Source: Vitrella brassicaformis CCMP3155
Taxonomy: Eukaryota > Protista > Chromerida
Length of the DNA stretch: 46,887 nucleotides
Direction: 5' to 3'
Assembly: GCA_001179505.1 (NCBI GenBank)
Contig: CDMY01000585.1
Coordinates: forward strand, 1-46,887
A program made the translations under genes and the position numbers. Shown here piece by piece: positions 35,535-46,650 of this stretch (positions are counted from its first letter, which is position 1; every line of letters starts with the position of its first letter). Under the pieces are notes generated by a model, which had not been told where the DNA came from, did not search any database, and worked only from the letters and a program-made list of their open reading frames with translations.

Positions 35535-36071
35535 CTAATCGTCTCAGGAATGGTAGATGGTGAGGAATGAGATTCGCCTTTAGGGTCCATTGAAGGGTGG
35601 CCAATAGTATGATGAGGAGTGTCCGTAAGTCAATGATTGTGTCGCCTTCATTCACTGACGAACGGACCTGTACATCAGTACAAACGGATGCCCCTTGTGC
35701 GTCGTCGTTTGAACTTTGCGTCTCGTACGCTGACGGCCACTTCCCCAGGGGCATCACTTCTGCACCCACCATTGCCGAGCATCACGTGCACGACATCTCC
35801 CACCAGCCCAAGAGCTCAGCGCTATTCCGTGCCAGCTATCCCGCCCTTTGTGCGTCGTCGTTTGAACTTTGCGTCTCGTACGCTGACGGCCACTTCCCCA
35901 GGGGCATCACTTATGTGCACTCTACATGTTAAGGATTGATGATCTACGACGGACTGGATGGGCAGGGCATGCAAACAGTGATTGAATTGAAAGGACAGCT
36001 AGCGTAGTTCTTAATTTGCATTCTTGATGGACTCCTCGTGCCGATGCGCTTTCCGTTAACCCCGTGCTCAC
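35535..36071 (+). repeat. Direct repeat copy 2 of 34471-34852
   Basis: Near-identity by inspection; begins exactly at the end of the gap. Confidence 0.9.
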
Positions 36072-37129
36072 GTACAAACGGATGCTCGTCATGTCGTTTT
36101 TTAACGCATGGGGGAGGAGGGAGGGACTCAAGTGTACGATGAAGCGTCGATGATTGAATATTGGCCAATAGATGTTAAGGAGCTTTTCAGAGCCTGGAAT
36201 GGACTGCTGAACAGGTTTCGTCATAGACTGGTCTTCAGCTTTTTATTCTGCCATGACCAACACAGTAACAGCATTTCTCTCAGCATGTCTGACTGACATA
36301 GAAAGGCACTTTTCCGTTGGACCATCAGTGAATACAAACAAATTGCCTGTCAGTGAGTTTGAAATTGGAAACGATGAAGGCGTCGATTACTGGAATGCAA
36401 ACCCCAAAGTGTTGGGCATGGACAAATGCAAAAGTTTGTCCGAGTCGAATGTGTCAGAACGCGAGGTCATCCCGCAGTGAAGCAAGATGTAACAAAGACA
36501 AGATCCTTCGAGCCCTCTGCATCGAATATGGCATAGCTTGAAAGTTTTTTGATAGGAAACGGAAACTTAAAAGAAGAGCAGGAGAAGGAGGCGGAAACTT
36601 AAAAGAAGAGCAGGAGAAGGACCGTAGACGGCACGAGAGGTCTGTCGCTGTGAGAATCGAGAACGTGTTATAGCAGTCTCTACCAAAACAGCATTAATCG
36701 ACATCAAAACCATAACGTGTTCTTCACCCTCTATCGAGCGAACGCTGTTTACTTCCGCTCAGAGACATTCGTGATGGCAGAAGTAAAGACATCTACGTAC
36801 AGCAAGGAGACATGCTGTATCTAAGGCAATTCCTACCGTTTTCGACTTCTTTTGTAATTCGCCTTGCAGGATAGCGAGATAATGCTACACTTTAGCCGAT
36901 CTGACGGGACACACTCTTTCAATAGATATTCAATTCGCAAGCCTTTCACGTCTGTTGACAAAGCGGTCGTTCAACAGCCTGAAGAACGTCACGCACATCA
37001 GTTTGAAGAACAGCGCGGCGGAGACGCAAGAGCAGCGTATTTTTTTTCTAGGCTTATCACGATCTTGGAGCGTAATCTTTTAGCGTATTAGTGATGGTAA
37101 AACGAAGGTCTTTTTAGTGTACATTCCCG

Positions 37130-37620
37130 GCTCTGCAAAGCTCCGTTGAACTTGCAAGATGCGGTGATCTAAAAAGAATCTGAGAGAAGTCTTCTTATTG
37201 TGTCAGTGAGAGCAGAATAAAAGCTTGAAAAAGCGTACCTTGCGAAGCCTGTTCAGCGCTCTATTGTAGACTCTGTAAAGGTCCATTAGACCCCCAAGAT
37301 ACAATGTACTTGAAAAGTCGTGTCTGAGGCTTCCTGTTCAGCGGCTCTTCAGAGCTTTATTGGACCTGGAAGATAAAGTGCCTTTGAAAGTGCTGTTATT
37401 ATGTTAATCATAGCAGAATGAAAGCCTGCAAAAAGCGTATCTGGCGCAGCCCGTTGAGCGCTCCATCCTAGATTCTGCAAAGCTCCATTGGACCTCCAAA
37501 ATACAGTGCTTTTGGAAGAATCCGAGAGAAGTCTTATAACTGTTAATCATAGCAGAATGAAAGCTTGGAGGAAGAGCATCTGGCGCAGCCCATTGAGGCT
37601 TCATTCTAGATTGCTTACAC
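37130..37620. repeat. Degenerate tandem repeats (units of roughly 140-200 bp)
   Basis: agcagaat(a/g)aaagc(t/c)tg..aaagcgta..tggcgcagcc..ttgagcgctc recurs at about 37210, 37410 and 37550; gagagaagtctt is also repeated. Confidence 0.65.
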
Positions 37621-37732
37621 AATGTTCTTTCTCTCACTATCAAGTGTTTCGGTATCCCTCTATATCATTTATTCGTTTAGAAGATAGACACGCAAAATGA
37701 ATGAAATGCAGGGGAGAACCTGATTGAAATTA

Positions 37733-38680
37733 TCCATTTCAAATCACTCAGACAAGGTTTAGAGTCCGACCTTATCAGTGGTGCACAAACACCAACACTC
37801 CGTCACCTCTTTAAAATGCTCGACACTTTTTCAGGCACCACCTTTGAGTAGCATCACTGTCATGTCAGTCTAAATAGACGCAAGGCTGGCAAGTTTCTCT
37901 CCGAATGCACACTCTACGCAAACGATCCGTAGAAGAGAGGAGCCCGGCATACACTTCAAGGGGAAAAAGAGTGATACAGTCAGCAGTCAGATGTTAGAAA
38001 CCTATCTGACCAGAAAGGTCAGGTCAGGTGGGTCAGGTGAGTAAAGCACGTACCTGGGAATGTCCCCCTCACGTCTCTCTGCAAAAAACCATCAACCGTC
38101 TCTCATCAATCGTCTCTGACATGTCAAACGATGAGCGATCGCATGAGTGAGGGGAAGAGAGACTCTTCGGTCACACGCCATCGGCCTCCTCCTGAGCATA
38201 GAGTAACATAGACAGCCTCAAAGCTGAAAAAGGTACACGAATACACTCTTGACTACTCACACCCACAGGAAGGTCACTTTCTCGCATCACATCTCCTCAT
38301 GAAATACCTTGGGAGGTTTCAATCATCCATTTCAAATCATTCAAACAAGCGTGTAGAGTCCGACCTCATCAGCGGTGCACAGAGTTTGACATCTTCTTAG
38401 ACACCACCTTTGAGTAGCACCACCATCATGTCAGTCTAAGACTCAGACACAAGGCGAGTTTCTCTCCGAATGCACACTCCACGCAAACGATCCGTAAAAA
38501 AGAGGAGCCCGGCACACACTTAGCGATACAGTCAGCAGTCACATACAAGAAACCTACCCGACCAGAAAGGTCAGGTGGGTCAGGTGGGTAAAGTATTTAT
38601 CTGAGAATGTCCCTCTCACGTCTCTCTGCAAAAAGACCATCAACCGTCCCTCATCAACCGTCTCTCTGTCAAACGATAAG
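37733..38680 (+). repeat. Diverged direct duplication (~37733-38135 vs ~38326-38680) downstream of the patatin gene
   Basis: Shared blocks tccatttcaaatca, caccacctttgagtagca, agtttctctccgaatgcacact, gaccagaaaggtcagg, cacgtctctctgcaaaaa and ccatcaaccgtc occur in the same order. Confidence 0.85.
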
Positions 38681-38703
38681 TGATCAGTCAGTCACTGAGT
38701 CAG

Positions 38704-40884
38704 TCAAGCCAGAAGGTAGTCCTTGATGAAAGCCGCGATGAGAGGCCGATAGAGCTCCGCAGTGGCATCCCCAATCTTCTTGAGGTCCTCGATGCGCGAA
38801 GGGTCATCCATTCTTTCAAGAGCGGCAAACACGGGCGGCGGTGCGCGGCCCACGCTGCCCTCGTATTGATCAGCGCTGCACTGCACACGGAGGTACTGCT
38901 GGGGTACGCCTTCGTTCGAGAACGCCACGTCAAGATTGAAGTGTGCCAGGGTGGAGGATGAAGTCATCAGCGAGTCGATAATGTTGCCTTTGCTGCCTCG
39001 ACATCGCCAAAAGTCGCCTCCCAGCCAGTCGGCCGCACTGTGAATGACTTCAGCTGCTTCCACTCTCTGCTCACGGAAGGTAGCGCCCACCCCAATGCTC
39101 AGGACCGCGTAATCGTGCAGTGTCAGGTTGGTGAAGAAATCCCTGTTTTTGTGAATTTTGTCCTTCATGTGATCTGCCACAAGCTTGGGCTCGTCCTCTC
39201 CGATCTCCACGCGCGTCGCATCTCCGTCTAAATCCTTAAAGTATCGATCCAGCAGCTTGCCTCGTGTAAACAGATAATTCAGAGCTTGCATCGCCGGATC
39301 GTTCGCCACAATCCCGCCATCGCAGGCCACCAAATTCACTGCCTTCTGCGCTTCGTCAGGAGGCGCCGGCCATCGGAAGTATTCGCGGATTACGGCGGGC
39401 TTGAAGAAGGTGGGAGCGGCGCTGGAGCAGCGGCAAATCTCCCACAGCTTCACGCCTGGGTTCGTCTTCCAGTAGCGTGCAGTCCCTGGCTCGTTTCTGC
39501 GTTTCCCCAGAGGTAGCTCAGCATCCCCAAGTCGTGTCAGATTGTGGGCATCCCCGAACACCTCTCTGACATTGGGGTCATCCTTGAGCTTTTGAAAGCG
39601 CTTATCCAGCTCTGCCCACCGATAATCCGACACAGCTCGAGCCAGGGCACGGTCGTCGTAGGGAAAGGTGAAGTGGTCGAGGCGCATGAAGTCAGGTATG
39701 CCTCGAAGCCGATCACCAACGAAGGCAACAGGGCGCCGGAAGACCATGTCGTAGGCGGTGACGAGCAACGTAGGCCCAAGCCAGTCAGGGGGCCCTCTCT
39801 TAGGGGTCGCGTCGGTGAAGTCCTGCAGGGTAGTGCGCATTACCGCCTCCAGTGTTTCCTCCAATGCGTCTGCAGCATGCTTGGGCCCACGAACCAGCCA
39901 CGTCGACGAAGGATTGGAGAAGATCGTTTTGGCCATTTCTTTATACATCGCTAAGGCGCTCCCTGCACTGCCGTTTAGCACGATCTCGGTGCCGGGAAAG
40001 GTAATCGCCTTCATGTCGTTGCCACAGTAAGCCGTGAGGTAGGTAGCAAGGATGGCTCCTGTGGACGTCCCAGCCACAACGTCGAAGCATTCGCCAATCA
40101 TCAGATCGGGTATGTTCGATTGATTTCGAAGTTCATGCTCCAGGACCTTCAGAACACCATGTGTACAATATCTAGCTATGTGTGGCGGGGGGGGGGGGGG
40201 GGNNNNNNNNNNNNNNNNNNNNNNNNNNNNNNNNNNNNNNNNNNNNNNNNNNNNNNNNNNNNNNNNNNNNNNNNNNNNNNNNNNNNNNNNNNNNNNNNNN
40301 NNNNNNNNNNNNNNNNNNNNNNNNNNNNNNNNNNNNNNNNNNNNNNNNNNNNNNNNNNNNNNNNNNNNNNNNNNNNNNNNNNNNNNNNNNNNNNNNNNNN
40401 NNNNNNNNNNNNNNNNNNNNNNNNNNNNNNNNNNNNNNNNNNNNNNNNNNNNNNNNNNNNNNNNNNNNNNNNNNNNNNNNNNNNNNNNNNNNNNNNNNNN
40501 NNGTTGGGGTCACATGGACATACCTTCAGGATAGAAGCTGCAATAATCCCACGCACGCCGCCACCGTCCAGGGCGAGAATTGTCCGCTTCCTTTTGGCTT
40601 CCTTCTTGAGGCTCCAGCACGCGGGCCTCCTCGCATTGGGAGGCAGGAGAGGATTCACGCTGCCAAGTGTCATCTGCATCTGCATGCTCACTGCACCCTC
40701 GACAGCGCGGTGCCGACGCTGAGCCATGACAAAAAGACGATACAGCGCGCGTATGTGTCTTCTTGCCATGTCCTTTTGTGTCCCTGCTTACCCGCAGTCT
40801 CGACTGCAGTCCTCCTGATGATGCAGGCACAAGGGCGAAGGAGCCCTGGACAAGGAGCATCACGGCTGCAGCAAGCCAATTCAT
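38704..40884 (-). CDS. Patatin-like phospholipase with signal peptide and transit-like leader (576 aa)
   Basis: Exons 40884-40792, 40718-40524, 40146-38704, all phase 0, with the gap inside intron 2. Oxyanion DGGGVRG, nucleophile GTSTG, catalytic DGG (ACDGGIVANDP). N-terminus MNWLAAAVMLLVQGSFA-LVPASSGGLQSRLRRRHRA. Confidence 0.92.
40203..40502. other. Assembly gap (300 N) next to a poly-G run
   Basis: Run of N. Confidence 1.
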
Positions 40885-41077
40885 TTTCGGACAAGGGAAT
40901 GCCAGCGGAGGAGCAAAATAGAAGATATTGCCGCCCCTAGCGAACTTCTGAGTCCTTGGTGTCACGAAGCAAGTCGAACCACAGCTTTTCTGAATGCGAG
41001 CTTGCGAGCTAAGCTTGTGCGAGCTTGGCTTCAAGCTAGCAAAGATCTATGTCTATCTATGCATGATGTCAGTGCAG

Positions 41078-41275
41078 ACGATCCTTTCAGCCATCACCGA
41101 AGGTGACTCTATGTTGACCGGACGTCATGATGCCATATATAGACAGGAAGGACTATTATGACTGGCCAATCTCTTGGTCTCACTGAGTTGAGAGCACTCT
41201 GACTCTGGAAGTTACCGTCCAGCAGATCCTCTATCAGCTTACTATAGAAGAGGTCATCACCAGCCCTTTCTCACA
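41078..41275 (-). repeat. Decayed dispersed repeat (copy 2 of 380-579)
   Basis: See the 380-579 entry. Confidence 0.7.
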
Positions 41276-41436
41276 TGGGCGCAGCGACGTGGTGATTATT
41301 CATCGAAGCCGAAGCCCCTCGCCAATTGACTGACAGATGCTAACATGGAAATACATTGACTCATAGCGCAACGGCAGGCAGAGTCTGTCGGTCTCTCATG
41401 AAATGAACTGCGTCAATCGACCAACCATCAATCAAA

Positions 41437-43301
41437 TCACGCGACAAACATGCCAGCACCATCCTCAGCGCCCGCCTGGCGTATCTTCCAGCGGCGCCGC
41501 CCACCACGCACACACATACTCGCACTACGCGCCAACGCAACAGACAGACGAGCACAAACCCACCCCATCACCTGGCTATACGACTTGTCCGCCCACGCAG
41601 CCTTGGTGCGCAGCTTCTCAACCAGGCGGCTGAAAAAACCATTGGCCTCTCTGCCCCACACACCGTCCACCGTCACGCACAAGGGGGTGAAGTGGATGGA
41701 CTTGTCCTCGCACACACGGCTGTGGTGGGCTTTCTTGGCCTTGGCCTTGTTCTTGAGGATGGAGGCTGTCGATTGGTTGCGGTAGGACGACGCGTCGGCG
41801 TTTGTCACGCAGAGGTCAAACGACACGTCCTTCTGCCGCTCCCACACCCCCCTCACCACCATGTCCGTCCGCACCCCCTTCTCCCCCTCCTCGGGCTCCA
41901 CAATCACCACCTCCTTCCTGACCGCCGACTCGCCCCAAGCCTCGGCAGAAAGGTCGCACAGCACGTCCACCACGTCGTTCTGCCGCCGAATCACCAACCC
42001 ACCCACTCCACAGTTGAGGGCGTGGTCGAGCGAGTATGGAGCCCCGCAGCCGTCGCAGTGGGTGGGCATTTTGGGAGGCTCGTAGGCGTATCGGATGGCC
42101 ATGTTGTTGCGGAACTCGTCAGGCGTCAGGTCGGTGTGGTCCTCTGCGTCAGGCCGGCAAGTCACCCACCCGGCCGTCTTGTCCTCGATCGCCCGGTGGA
42201 CCGCTCGTCGTCTCTCTAGGGGCAGCTGCTGGAAGCCGTCCTCGCAGCGCTCCTTGGCAGCCTCATCGGTCGCCCGCCGCCCCTGCCTGACCGCTTGCTG
42301 CATATCGGCACGGTGCTGGAAGGGGTTGAATGAAGGGCGGCCGTCGGGTGGGTCGCCGTTCTGGATGGTGGACACCAGCAGGGAAGTGCCCTTGGTGGAC
42401 GTCTCGTACGCCACCGCCACTCGCTCCGTCGGGTCCCTCACCCCCATCCCCCCATGACGCGCAGGCAGCATCATCAGCTGGGCCTCAGTGGCGGTCACCG
42501 CATGGCTGGAGAGCTGGGTGAGGTAGTGGGTGAGGGCATCTCACAGCGGCTCGAATGTCGCTCGTTCCTCAGGCATCACCCGCATGAAGAAATTCCACTC
42601 GGCCTGCAGAGACGTTGTGAGTGCCGTGTGGGCTGCCTGCGGGTACTTGGCCGCTGCGTCCACCATCCGGTTGACACACCGCTGCCACTCTTGCACCCTC
42701 TCAGTGGCGTAGGCCCGCTTGCCTTCTGCGGTCCCCACAAAGCCCCCCATATATCGAGCGCCACTCACGATGTCCACGTCAGTATCGCCAAACACCTCTC
42801 CGCCCGCTCCTCGTACCCCGCCCGCACCACCAGCTTGCTCTTCTTGCCGTTGGGGTGATAGCCCCTCAGTGGCCCTCTCCGCTACAGCTCATCCCACCAG
42901 TCGCGCACCGGCTGAAGGCCTCCCACCTTGGCGGAGTCGTCGGCAAACCACGCCTGAGGGCCCTCCTCTGCTGGCCGCTTCATCTCCCACACGAGCGGAA
43001 GGGTGGCCACAGAGTAGAAGAGGGAGGCCAAGGGGTCGCCTTGTGTGGTCCCTTCTCGGCTCCACAGCGGCGCGGATTGGTCGCGCATGTAGAGGGCCGC
43101 ATGGCCGCGATAGGTGTTGAACAGGAAGCGTGAGCACCGCGGCCACAAAATGCGGACGTTCCACAGGGCGGCAGCGCGATTCATCGTGTTGTAGGCGTTC
43201 GTCGCATCCACCAGCAGCGCGCACTTTACGCCTCCCAAGTCAAACAGGCCGGAGACCGCGTGATTGGCACCCTCCACGCCCCCCTTGAGCCCGGCACACA
43301 G
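41437..43301 (-). mobile_element. Non-LTR retrotransposon of the RLE type (CRE-like): RT, zinc finger and restriction-like endonuclease; decayed, 5' end lost in the gap
   Basis: RT motifs LVDATNAYN, GTTQGDPLA, WFADD. Then LPARHGGMG, zinc finger CDGC-x7-H-x3-C, and PD-(D/E)xK-type RTDMVVRGVW...FDLCV. Defects: TAG 42882-42884, a frameshift near 42797, TGA 42541-42543. Confidence 0.92.
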
Positions 43302-43601
43302 NNNNNNNNNNNNNNNNNNNNNNNNNNNNNNNNNNNNNNNNNNNNNNNNNNNNNNNNNNNNNNNNNNNNNNNNNNNNNNNNNNNNNNNNNNNNNNNNNNN
43401 NNNNNNNNNNNNNNNNNNNNNNNNNNNNNNNNNNNNNNNNNNNNNNNNNNNNNNNNNNNNNNNNNNNNNNNNNNNNNNNNNNNNNNNNNNNNNNNNNNNN
43501 NNNNNNNNNNNNNNNNNNNNNNNNNNNNNNNNNNNNNNNNNNNNNNNNNNNNNNNNNNNNNNNNNNNNNNNNNNNNNNNNNNNNNNNNNNNNNNNNNNNN
43601 N
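43302..43601. other. Assembly gap (300 N)
   Basis: Run of N. Confidence 1.
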
Positions 43602-44161
43602 TATTCAAGTGGGCGGGATTTTGCATAAGGCTTCTCTCGAGGCCTTTGTATTTGTAGCCTTCACATTCCGCAACATTCGCCGCATATCCTCAACAAACAA
43701 AACAATACACCGAGTTTCTGTGCCTTCTCGTGGGCTCGTGGGCCACAGATAGCTTTCTACGCCACCCTCTGGCGCCTCTCTCTTGTCCGAACCTCCGAAA
43801 TGCGAACTCAAGCTGAAGATGACAAAAATAGTGCACGTCAGTCAGTTTACACGGGCAACGCAAGATTTGAACTAAACAAAAGCAGCGAACGTCTTCTGGA
43901 ACGGACGGCCTCATTCCATCAGTCATGGATAAGAAGCTTGCTCTCGTCCTTGCTGCCTCCCTCGTAGTTGCTGCAAGGGGTGAGCACTCCTGTTGAAGAC
44001 CAAGCCAATCATCAAGAATCGCCACTCGTGCGATTCACTCCTTTCGCCTGCTTGCTGTGTGTCTGCAGCCGACCCCCCTGCTTGCGGGAGGGCCCTTCAG
44101 GATTGTTCGGAGACTAAATGCTGCGAAGACTACGGATACACGTATGTATCTGTGTAGATAC
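43602..44161 (+). repeat. Apparently exact direct repeat of 46328-46887 (offset 2726 bp)
   Basis: I found no mismatch by inspection, and the predicted ORF translations are identical (43605 vs 46331; 43690 vs 46416). Confidence 0.95.
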
Positions 44162-46009
44162 TTGTCTGCCAGTCATGTCTCTCTGTCTTTCTGTCATGTT
44201 CGCTTCTTTGTCTGCGTAGCTGCAAGGAGAAAGACGCTGTAAGCACGTCGTAGAAAACCGCAGTAGCCCTTTCCTGACTCTTTACGTCGCCTTTGCACAG
44301 TTTTTTTCCCAGTGCCGTCCCATACTCGAGTCATGCCCCCCCGGCAGTGCCAACTGGACGTGTGTTGACAAAGAGCAGACCCTCTCCGGCCCCAAGCTGC
44401 ACACAGTCGAATTCGCACTCCTCTACGATGAGCAGTTCCCGGACAAAAAGGGAGACATCTATCTGAAGACGCCGTTGGTGCGCAGAGGAGGGTTGTATGG
44501 CAACTGACCCGTTTCAATTTGTTGCTGAGGATGGATTGCTGTGTGTATGTTTCGTGCAGTACCAGAGCCGTCATCAGATCATGTACCAGCAGAATGAGGT
44601 CAACGACTTCACCTTCCTGGCAACAGCCTCGCAAGACACTACATCCGTCCTTTTCGGTCAGAGAAACGCCCCACCTGACAACGCCCCTCATACGTCTTGC
44701 TGATTGTCAACTCTGATCAGAGTTGCTTGACTGGCACCGTATGACCATCATGTCAGCTGATGGCCGCTCCCCCAATGGCGACCAGAGTCGCCCCTACTCG
44801 GCGTTTGGGAAGACTGTCACCTCCCTTGCGGACGAGGAGCCCAAGGCCAAGTACATGGGCGCACCCGACTGGGTCAAGGAGCTCGATGGATGCGGCGGCG
44901 GATACAGACTGAGGGGAACCCCATACACTGCCCTGGGCGAGCCGGGAGTTCCCAAATACCTGTCGGGTGAGGGGCCTTCGTACATGGCTGTGAGTGTCAT
45001 GTAATTGTCTTTGTGCCGAGTCGTTTCAGTCAAGTTCCTCCCGGACTGTGGATGCATCGACTACGGTGAGAAGACAATGCCCTCACGCAAACAGGGGACC
45101 TTGACACACCATCATTCCCTGTTACTCAGAGCCCCTGCTGAGAGGCCTCGAGTTGGTTGTGCTCGACGATGACGGCCGGCCAGTTGCGCCGCCCACCGGC
45201 GCCATGCGTCAGCTATTTGGCGCAAGCATCGTTCCTGACGCGGACAAGACCAGTCTCCGCAAGATGCAGATGACCAACGCGTACGGTGAGGAGCTCACCG
45301 GTATCGCCAGCACCATGCTCATGCACGGATTCACATATGTCCTCGACGCCAACAAGGTCGTTTATGACCGACGCCGCTCACCATCACCTTCCATGTGGAT
45401 TGTGGATGTTGCGTGTAGGCATGGCCGGGCACGAAATTCACATTCAAGGCGTCTGAGTGCAGGACGCTGACTGTGGACACTATCTCGAAGGTGGAGTGGA
45501 GCATCTTGGACAGGCACCGCAACGTCATCCAGACCGAAAGTGTCGGCAACACCGGATTTGACGAATCATCGTACGACCAGACACTATCCTGTGTAACGCA
45601 GAGAGCATCCCATTACAGTGTCTTGCGCATGTTCCGTACAGTCCGTATACGTTGTATGGCGACGACAACGGCGAGAAATACACGCCCATCCCCGACTGGA
45701 TGATCAACAGCGGTGGCACCTTCTTCATTCGGGCACTTCCATGGGACACCCAGGGCAAAGCCGGGCCCACGGACACCGCACAGGACATCAAAAGTAACAA
45801 AACCTGAAGCCTCCATCAAATGGCCATGCATGCATGCATGCATCAGAGACGCTTTGATGTGGAAATGCATCGACGACTGCCTTTGTCTGATATGTGTATC
45901 TTCTTTAGTATACATCGTTGCGCCGGGCGCTGCTCCGCCCCCGACGGTGAAGCATCATCGACCTGAGGTGATCCACACAGCTGAAGAAGTCGGCGGTGGC
46001 AGCAATTGA
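43925..46009 (+). CDS. Secreted modular protein: signal peptide, CBM1-like Cys module, unknown central region, C-terminal beta-rich module
   Basis: Spliced N-terminus MDKKLALVLAASLVVAAR|ADPPACGRALQDCSETKCCEDYGYT|CKEKDA|FFSQCRPILESCPPGSANWTC. Later exons ...KYLS|VKFLPDCGCIDY|EPLLRG..., VEWSILDRHRNVIQTES, PYTLYGDDNGEKY...GTFFIRALPW; stop at 46007-46009. Confidence 0.75.
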
Positions 46010-46650
46010 TTAGCACTGCATGGAAAAGACTGTGGACCAAGGAATGAATTGCGACCCGCCGGCCAGTTTCCGTGATCTCGCAGAAGTGGACGGTGTTGAG
46101 GAAACGATGTGTCGGCTCGCAGATGGATAACCTCGGCTATAGCCTAATTGGTTTCTCAACAGACGGAAGCGCGCTGAGCGCTGTGTCTCCCTCCCTCGCT
46201 TCCTCATTCTCCTTTTTCTTTTCTCAAAAGTACCTGGGCCGCCATCCTACCCAAATTGCACTCATCTTCCTGCTTGTCATCTTTCTGCCTCGAACACCTA
46301 CACGTCTGCCATTTAACGGCCCCCTCCTATTCAAGTGGGCGGGATTTTGCATAAGGCTTCTCTCGAGGCCTTTGTATTTGTAGCCTTCACATTCCGCAAC
46401 ATTCGCCGCATATCCTCAACAAACAAAACAATACACCGAGTTTCTGTGCCTTCTCGTGGGCTCGTGGGCCACAGATAGCTTTCTACGCCACCCTCTGGCG
46501 CCTCTCTCTTGTCCGAACCTCCGAAATGCGAACTCAAGCTGAAGATGACAAAAATAGTGCACGTCAGTCAGTTTACACGGGCAACGCAAGATTTGAACTA
46601 AACAAAAGCAGCGAACGTCTTCTGGAACGGACGGCCTCATTCCATCAGTC

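Noticed and set aside
37130-37620. Leucine-rich-repeat relic (GALNGLRQIRFL on the minus strand)
   Set aside because: A single short match amid many stops and frameshifts; kept only as a degenerate repeat.
4700-42884. UAG reassignment (internal stops mostly TAG, terminal stops mostly TGA)
   Set aside because: The TAGs align to different residues (Tyr in the ankyrin paralog block, a variable non-Gln position in PABP), co-occur with frameshifts, and one model ends on TAG at 1400-1402. Ordinary nonsense mutation explains the pattern.
34891-43752. ORFs containing runs of X
   Set aside because: Artefacts of translating through the three N gaps.
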